Below are positions 26,379-32,000 of a DNA stretch of 32,000 nt, piece by piece (the stretch's first letter is position 1; every line of letters begins with the position of its first letter). The notes under the pieces were generated by a model. That model was not told the origin of the DNA, did no database searches, and saw nothing but the letters and a program-made list of their open reading frames with translations. Source of the stretch: Candidatus Heimdallarchaeota archaeon. Its GTDB lineage: Archaea > Asgardarchaeota > Heimdallarchaeia > Heimdallarchaeales > Kariarchaeaceae. The translations under genes and the position numbers were made by a program. The stretch is taken from NCBI GenBank assembly GCA_030149205.1, contig JASBSB010000004.1, forward strand, positions 180,001-212,000, in the 5' to 3' direction.

Positions 26379-27143
26379 CTATGGTAATGATTTTTTGAAT
26401 GCGTATTGTGAAAACAACAATCCAAGAATTGCAAAGGCAAATAATACAACAAAGTCAATCCATAGAGCAATATCAGATCCAGGGAAGGTAGATGTCTTGT
26501 ACACCAAGTCTCTGATTCCTGAAATAGCATATGTGGTCGGATTTGCATAAGCAACAATTTGCAACCATGTTGGAAGAATTTTAATTGGATACAATGCATT
26601 GCTTGCAAATAATAGAGGTAAGTTAAGCAATAAAATCATTGTATGAAATCCACCTGGACTATCTGTCAATGATGCAAAAGCAAGAGCGATACCCGAAAAA
26701 CCAATTGTAAATAAGAGTGCAGCCGCTAATCCACCAATTAAATTTATGGGATTATTGCTCAGCGTTGCTCCCATTAAGAGGCTAACAACAAAAATTATAA
26801 TCCCCTGAATCAGACCTTTGGTAACCGTACTTGCAACGTTCCCACCTAAAATACTCAATTTTGGAATGGGAGCCACTAAGTACTCACGCACCATTCCTCT
26901 AAGCCTTTCTGTCTGCCACACAGCTCCACCGGCTGTCGCACCTCCTAAGGCACTTAGAGCTATTATTCCAGGGGCCATAAATCCAATGTATTCACCAGTA
27001 CCCGATGTGGTAACAAGACTAGCCATCCCAACGCCAAACAAAACAAGCCAAAGGATAGGTTGGATTACAAATCCACTTACCTCTGCGCTCTGCATCTTTA
27101 TCATATGTTTTTTCCAAAGTGTATATATTCCATTTGCTAACAT
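26379..27143 (-). CDS. ABC-2 permease (DrrB-like)
   Basis: QPILWLVLFG, FMAPGII, ERLRGMVREYLVAPI, SNALYPI..LPTWLQ..AYANPTTYAI. AGGAGG 7 nt upstream. Confidence 0.93.
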   Translation of the reverse strand: MLANGIYTLWKKHMIKMQSAEVSGFVIQPILWLVLFGVGMASLVTTSGTGEYIGFMAPGIIALSALGGATAGGAVWQTERLRGMVREYLVAPIPKLSILGGNVASTVTKGLIQGIIIFVVSLLMGATLSNNPINLIGGLAAALLFTIGFSGIALAFASLTDSPGGFHTMILLLNLPLLFASNALYPIKILPTWLQIVAYANPTTYAISGIRDLVYKTSTFPGSDIALWIDFVVLFAFAILGLLFSQYAFKKSLP

Positions 27144-27154
27144 AATAATTCCTC

Positions 27155-28099
27155 CTATTCTCTTAGTTCCCTCCCAGTGTATTTGAAAAATACCTCTCCT
27201 AAACTGGGCTTTTTAATATTCAGATTACTTATGCTGTAACCCTGTTGAATCACCGACTGGATCAGGGGAACCACCCTTGTGTCACTGTTATCAACTCCTA
27301 CTTGAATCCATCCATCATGTGAGGTCACCTGATCAACGAAATCTAGAGCCTTTAGTTTCTTAACTAAACTGGCTGAATCTCCAGATATTTCAAGTTTAAT
27401 AATATCTGAACCCAAGCTTTCAATCAATTCTTCAACAGTTCCTTGAGTGATAATTTTTCCATGATCAATTATTTCAACTTTGTCTGCTAGACTCTGTGCT
27501 TCGTCCATATAGTGGGTGGTTAGAATGATTGTCATTCCATATTCCTTTTTTAGTTTGATAATGTAATCCCAGATCTTTGCTCTGGTTTGTACATCAACAC
27601 CCAAAGTAGGTTCATCCAGAAACAATATTTCTGGTTTTGTTAGTAAGGCTCTTCCTAGTTCTAGACGTCTTTTCATTCCACCAGAATATGATTTAACCTT
27701 CTTATTACGAACTTCCTGAAGTTCTATGAGATCAAAAATTTCATCAACAGCTGATTTAAGCTCTGATCCTTTCATTCCATAAAGTTTGCCATGGATCTCA
27801 AGCACCTGTTGTCCCGTTAATTGATCATCAATTGCCATTTCTTGAAAGGTTACCCCAATTTTCTTTCGGATATTTTTAGAATCTTTTGTAAGGTCATAAC
27901 CCAATATTTTTGCTTGACCTGAGCTTGGAGTGATCAGAGTGACTAACATCGATATTGTTGTTGTTTTTCCAGCACCATTTGGACCCAGAAGAGCAAGAAC
28001 CGTGTTTTTTTCAACCTGTAAATCTATACCATCTACAGCATAGATCTTACCATCATATGTTTTTTTCAAATCTTTAGTTTCTATTGCTAATGTGTTCAT
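27155..28099 (-). CDS. ABC exporter ATPase (DrrA-like)
   Basis: GPNGAGKT, YSGGMKRRLE, ILFLDEPTLGVD, TTHYMDEA and C-terminal KPSLGEVF..YTG. AGGAGG 8 nt upstream. Confidence 0.95.
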   Translation of the reverse strand: MNTLAIETKDLKKTYDGKIYAVDGIDLQVEKNTVLALLGPNGAGKTTTISMLVTLITPSSGQAKILGYDLTKDSKNIRKKIGVTFQEMAIDDQLTGQQVLEIHGKLYGMKGSELKSAVDEIFDLIELQEVRNKKVKSYSGGMKRRLELGRALLTKPEILFLDEPTLGVDVQTRAKIWDYIIKLKKEYGMTIILTTHYMDEAQSLADKVEIIDHGKIITQGTVEELIESLGSDIIKLEISGDSASLVKKLKALDFVDQVTSHDGWIQVGVDNSDTRVVPLIQSVIQQGYSISNLNIKKPSLGEVFFKYTGRELRE

Positions 28100-28652
28100 T
28101 CATGTTTCCTCCTTTTTGGTAAAGGTATGTAAGTTCATTGTTCATGATTTTCTCAATTAAGTCTGACAGCCAATTTAAATCTGTCTGAGTGTGAAGTATC
28201 TGATACCGCGTAATAATATCAAAGGCATTGTTATGAGTTGGAGATTGTCTCAGTTTCTGAACCTTTTCTTCAATTTTTTTTCGTTTCTCTTGAAGTAGGT
28301 TTACAGCGGTTTCCTTCGGTATCTCATTTAGAAAGGCTAAAGGAACCAAATCCATATTCATATTAACCTGATAGCTTTGTAGCTCTTTAGCTAACAACTG
28401 CAGAAAATAAGAGTCTCCTTGCTCAGTGATCGTAAAAACCTTTCTTATTGGTCTATTTCCTTCTCTCTCTTCTGTAGAAGAAATGTAACCCTTTTCCTCA
28501 AGTCTTGCTAGTATTCTATACGCAGTTGGTTTTGTGATATGAACTGAAGTTCCTAGATGAGAATCCAACATTTCGTTCAATTGATAGCCATGTAAATCCA
28601 TGTTTTTTAAGAACCCAAGCAAGATTAATTCTCTATTCAATACTTTCACCAT
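28074..28652 (-). CDS. PadR-family transcriptional regulator
   Basis: LILLGFL...LHGYQL, Y.ILARLEEKGYI, RPIRKVFTITEQG and a C-terminal helical dimerisation region. Overlaps the downstream ATPase gene by 26 bp. Confidence 0.92.
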   Translation of the reverse strand: MVKVLNRELILLGFLKNMDLHGYQLNEMLDSHLGTSVHITKPTAYRILARLEEKGYISSTEEREGNRPIRKVFTITEQGDSYFLQLLAKELQSYQVNMNMDLVPLAFLNEIPKETAVNLLQEKRKKIEEKVQKLRQSPTHNNAFDIITRYQILHTQTDLNWLSDLIEKIMNNELTYLYQKGGNMNEHISNRN

Positions 28653-28657
28653 ATAAA

Positions 28658-28701
28658 TAATCCATGTAGAATAATTTTTTTAGATTAATCCAAATGGATT
28701 A
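28658..28701. promoter_or_regulatory. Two tandem palindromic operator-like sites upstream of the PadR gene
   Basis: Perfect TAATCC-AAAT-GGATTA (28686-28701) and imperfect TAATCC-ATGT-AGAATA (28658-28673), identical at 12/16 positions. Confidence 0.6.
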
Positions 28702-28851
28702 TTCAATTTAGACTAGATGCGGAAGTATATTAATCCTTTGGTCTTTTCTACATTTGTTGGCTCTAGATTAAAAAAAATTACATCTCTTTTATACAGGATT
28801 TTGTTCATAATAAGTTAAATACAAATAGAGGATTACAAATTATAATATGTT

Positions 28852-30000
28852 ATGGTAACTATTGCAAATTTGCATATAGCAGATAATTATTTTATTGACT
28901 TAATCGGTTCATTTTTGTTTCTAGTGGTCGCTATCCTCTACTATTATCAAACTAAAAGAAAGAACAGAAATACACCAATGCTCACCTATGGATTTCTAGT
29001 TGCATTTGTATCTCAATTCTCAAATTCTCTCTTGGGTATTGCGATAGATCCTGTGAACAAGCTTATACACCCCTCCTTGGAGGTATTCATAGTCAATATA
29101 ATATTAGTTTCCGGTATAAATGCTATCCTTTTTTTCTTTTGGATTTTCTTAGAAAGGACTGAATCTGTAAGAGTAAACCGATTTATGTCCACTCTTGTGA
29201 CAGTTTTATTGTCGATCTATTTTGTGACAATATTTCTTGGAATTATAGTAAACAAAATTAATGAAACACTATACATTGCAAATTTCATCCTTCCTGTAAC
29301 TATAACATTAGTTGTGGCAAGGTCAATTTATATTCTTTACAAAACCTATGTAGTCACTAATTATGAATATACCGCTCTTTTTCAGTTGTTTTCATTTATA
29401 TTAATTCTCCTTTGGGCTGTGATTGCCTTATTTGTAACTGGAAGTACTATTTTAATTAATTTTTATGGAATGAACTTAAGTACCCCACAACTAGGTATTA
29501 TACCTGATGTTTTGTATTATACTGGACTTACAATATTTATTCTTACAATCTTGGCTAACCCAAATTATATTTACAGAATACCCATGAATATTAGAGATAT
29601 TGTTATTCTCTCAAAAATAGGTGTAGCAGTCTACGGGATCGGTATGACAGCAGAGGAAAAGAGCTTAGATGAGCAGATGCTAGCAGGGTTTCTGAGTGCT
29701 GCCAACTCTTTTGTTCAAGAAATGCAACCTAATTTTGAAAATGAGGAACTGAAGATTATTGAATCAACTCATAGGAAAATTCAGTTGCTATACGGTCGAA
29801 GAATTGGGATTAGTTTGGTATCACTTCAAGAAAATTGGTATCTAAGAAACTCAATTCAGTCTTTCCTGAATTATTTAGAAACAGTCCAGGATCCAAGTGA
29901 TTTACTTGATTCTGGTCAATTTTATGACGATGATGAAATTCGAGTATGGTTAAAACTGTTCTTCCCGTATTTAGATATTGATAAAATGCAAACGTATTAA
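28852..30000 (+). CDS. Seven-TM protein fused to a C-terminal longin-like domain
   Basis: Seven hydrophobic segments in about the first 240 aa, then IVILSKIGVAVY...DEQMLAGFLSAANSFVQEM...LKIIE, the Asgard longin-like pattern. Confidence 0.75.
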   Translation: MVTIANLHIADNYFIDLIGSFLFLVVAILYYYQTKRKNRNTPMLTYGFLVAFVSQFSNSLLGIAIDPVNKLIHPSLEVFIVNIILVSGINAILFFFWIFLERTESVRVNRFMSTLVTVLLSIYFVTIFLGIIVNKINETLYIANFILPVTITLVVARSIYILYKTYVVTNYEYTALFQLFSFILILLWAVIALFVTGSTILINFYGMNLSTPQLGIIPDVLYYTGLTIFILTILANPNYIYRIPMNIRDIVILSKIGVAVYGIGMTAEEKSLDEQMLAGFLSAANSFVQEMQPNFENEELKIIESTHRKIQLLYGRRIGISLVSLQENWYLRNSIQSFLNYLETVQDPSDLLDSGQFYDDDEIRVWLKLFFPYLDIDKMQTY

Positions 30001-30119
30001 ATCAGATCCCCTAGCTCAAAAATACTCTTCTCTAAGAATTTGTAAAATACTCTCTAATAACTACCTTAGATTCTTTGTTCCTGTAAACAATTTTTAATGA
30101 GTCAGAGATATGATACTCT

Positions 30120-30764
30120 ATGAATTTGGAAAAGCAAAAAGCGAATCGAGAAGAAGAGCCTTGGAAGGGCCCAACAGGTGTTTTATTTTTTCTCAATGTT
30201 CTTTTCTATGTTTTTGCATACGGTTTCTCAGTCTTATTAAAATTTGAGGGAAACCCAGTTTATATAGACATTTTTTCAATGCCAAGCACTTCAGTCGTGG
30301 TTTTTGGGCTATCATTCCTTACTTTATCAGATGGCTGGTTTTGGCAAATTATTACTAATATATTTCTACATGCAAATTTGGCACATCTGTTTGGAAATAT
30401 GCTATTTTTGTTTATCTATGGATTTGCTCTTGAAGAGAGAGGATTTTCCGATAATGAAATTTATCTTGGTTTTATTCTAACAGGTATTCTTTCATCCCTC
30501 GTATCAATGTTTTTTTTACCCTATACAAGTTTCTCACTGGGTGCATCAGGAGCAATCTTTGGATTGCTTGGAATGATTATAGCCTGGGCAAAGGTTCATA
30601 GAAGTGACATTTGGAAGCGACAGGTTCTACTTGGAATTCTATTGTTTGTCTTTTCTTCAGCGCAACCAAACGTGAATATTTTTGCACATTTATTTGGTTT
30701 AATTTTTGGTTATCTTATCTATTTTACACCCTTATTCAACAAATCTCTTTCTGTACCTCAATAG
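30120..30764 (+). CDS. Rhomboid intramembrane serine protease
   Basis: WQIITNIFLHANLAHLFGNM, G..LE, GASGAIFG (catalytic Ser) and AHLFG (catalytic His). Confidence 0.95.
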   Translation: MNLEKQKANREEEPWKGPTGVLFFLNVLFYVFAYGFSVLLKFEGNPVYIDIFSMPSTSVVVFGLSFLTLSDGWFWQIITNIFLHANLAHLFGNMLFLFIYGFALEERGFSDNEIYLGFILTGILSSLVSMFFLPYTSFSLGASGAIFGLLGMIIAWAKVHRSDIWKRQVLLGILLFVFSSAQPNVNIFAHLFGLIFGYLIYFTPLFNKSLSVPQ

Positions 30765-32000
30765 TTTGTTCTGAATATACTGACCCTCATTTTTAACCCA
30801 TAGGACCCAAGATAGAATTAAGAATCCAAGGAAAAGAAAACTGAAATTCGTGATTTGATCTTGACCAGTGTAATACTCAAGGTTTGCAAAGATATCAATT
30901 TGAGTGCTTGATACTATTTTCCCATTTTGTAGAATCGGAATCACCAAGGTATAAGCCCCATAAAAATCAAATCTAAACTTATGAAAGAATTCATTGTTGG
31001 TCCTGGTAATATTGAACTGTGTGATAAAGTAAGGGGCTTCCTTGTGGATTAAGAAGGCTTGCGTACTTTGAGGTAAATTCAATTGTGTTTTATTACTGAA
31101 TTGAATTCCTTGTAAATTAAAACGAATATCTTCATACATTTTTACAGTTAACTGATTAGTCCCCGTAATAAGTTTCCCATTCAAAAGCATGTTTGCTATC
31201 GGAACTTGGTCTGAAATCAGCCAATTGACAAGACTGGACGCCATACGATTATAGAAGATAGCATCAGTTTGCGTGCTTCCATAATTTAGCAATTGGCTTG
31301 TGAAGGGTAAAACTGATGAGAATACTGCAACTCGCCCTTTACCTGAATTAGCCGCAGCTGCAAGTGTACTCTGTCCAAATGTAGCCAATTTAATCACGTC
31401 TTTCGATAGTAAATCAAGCTGAGGACCAAAACTAAGAATTGAGCCCTGTGCTGGTATAATTTTTTGAAATTTGTTAATTTGTGCATTAACAGGAACTTTT
31501 GTAAAGTTATAATCTATTCTACCATCATTATTGTTGTCAGTGATTATTCTTATGGGAACATTTTTGTTATTTATATTCATGTTTAAAATTTGATTGACTG
31601 ATTGAACTGCAAATGGTCCTACTGGTTGGTTTTCATTAACAAAGGTGCCTCCGTTAGCTAAAATGAGGAGACTCCCGCCCTGTATGTCAACAAATTTGCG
31701 GATAATTTCGACTTCAACAGGAGAGTATGCATAGTTCGGGTCAGCAATAATAAGTAAATTGACACCATTCAATGTTGATTTAGTAATAGTTTCATGATTC
31801 ACGGCCACACTAAACCCATTTAGTCTTAAAAGATTTCCGAACTCGTTGAATTTTCCCTGAGGTCCATTATTATAATAATATCCTGGTTGGTTAGCAGTCC
31901 CTTCTTTAGATACATCAAACAGAATTTTTCCCCTTTCAAATGTTGATGTGCTAAAATATGTTATATTCATAAATTTCATTTTTTGAGCTGTAGATGATTC
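30732..32000 (-). CDS. GIFT/DUF4350-like surface protein with C-terminal membrane anchor (5' end likely beyond right edge)
   Basis: The frame is open from 31979 to the window edge. ILFDVSK, ITKSTLNGVNLLIIADP, GGSLLILA and GKGRVAVFSS fit a GIFT fold. Several N-x-S/T sequons, a C-terminal TM segment (FSFLFLGFLILSWVLWV) and a basic tail. Confidence 0.7.
   Translation of the reverse strand, partial: ESSTAQKMKFMNITYFSTSTFERGKILFDVSKEGTANQPGYYYNNGPQGKFNEFGNLLRLNGFSVAVNHETITKSTLNGVNLLIIADPNYAYSPVEVEIIRKFVDIQGGSLLILANGGTFVNENQPVGPFAVQSVNQILNMNINNKNVPIRIITDNNNDGRIDYNFTKVPVNAQINKFQKIIPAQGSILSFGPQLDLLSKDVIKLATFGQSTLAAAANSGKGRVAVFSSVLPFTSQLLNYGSTQTDAIFYNRMASSLVNWLISDQVPIANMLLNGKLITGTNQLTVKMYEDIRFNLQGIQFSNKTQLNLPQSTQAFLIHKEAPYFITQFNITRTNNEFFHKFRFDFYGAYTLVIPILQNGKIVSSTQIDIFANLEYYTGQDQITNFSFLFLGFLILSWVLWVKNEGQYIQNKLLRYRKRFVE

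Noticed and set aside
1013-30796. Short ORFs in the track lying antisense or out of frame within larger genes (e.g. 1013-1228, 1565-2083, 3402-3614, 4241-4519, 5211-5552, 7789-8019, 8155-8406, 12379-12597, 13813-13998, 14862-15161, 15653-15901, 15892-16083, 16400-16588, 22613-22867, 23196-23549, 24095-24358, 24643-24855, 25309-25524, 25737-25937, 26012-26263, 26354-26608, 26818-27186, 30611-30796)
   Set aside because: All overlap motif-supported genes wholly or largely and show no recognisable motifs; they are typical shadow ORFs.
1-32000. CRISPR arrays, tRNA/rRNA genes, IS elements, FMN riboswitch
   Set aside because: Intergenic gaps are short (at most about 260 bp) and AT-rich, with no regularly spaced repeats, cloverleaf or GC-rich structured segments, and no transposase motifs were seen.

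Overview
AT-rich, gene-dense archaeal chromosomal segment, almost certainly from an Asgard archaeon (inference). Core genes are archaeal-type: ATP-dependent DNA ligase, RibB, RibC, RibH and XerA. They sit alongside eukaryote-signature proteins: a profilin, a Rab-like GTPase, a 7TM-longin-like fusion, a receiver-uDENN-like fusion and two GIFT/IFT52-like proteins. I call 31 CDS, two cut by the window edges, including a MoxR ATPase N-terminus missing from the ORF track. I see no tRNA, rRNA, CRISPR array or mobile element. Best leads: (1) an HxxE-type amidohydrolase 17 bp downstream of ribH, in a window with ribB, ribC and a deaminase-less RibD reductase, as a candidate for the unassigned archaeal riboflavin deaminase step; (2) an intact phospho-receiver fused to a uDENN/longin-like domain about 4 kb from a Rab-like GTPase; (3) a 28-bp 11-6-11 dif-like site in the same window as xerA and a HerA/FtsK-family ATPase with a winged helix; (4) a cytoplasmic IFT52-like protein; (5) a double zinc ribbon fused to an apparently inactive site-2 protease. 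All family calls come from motif recognition by eye and from recalled reference sequences; no searches were run.
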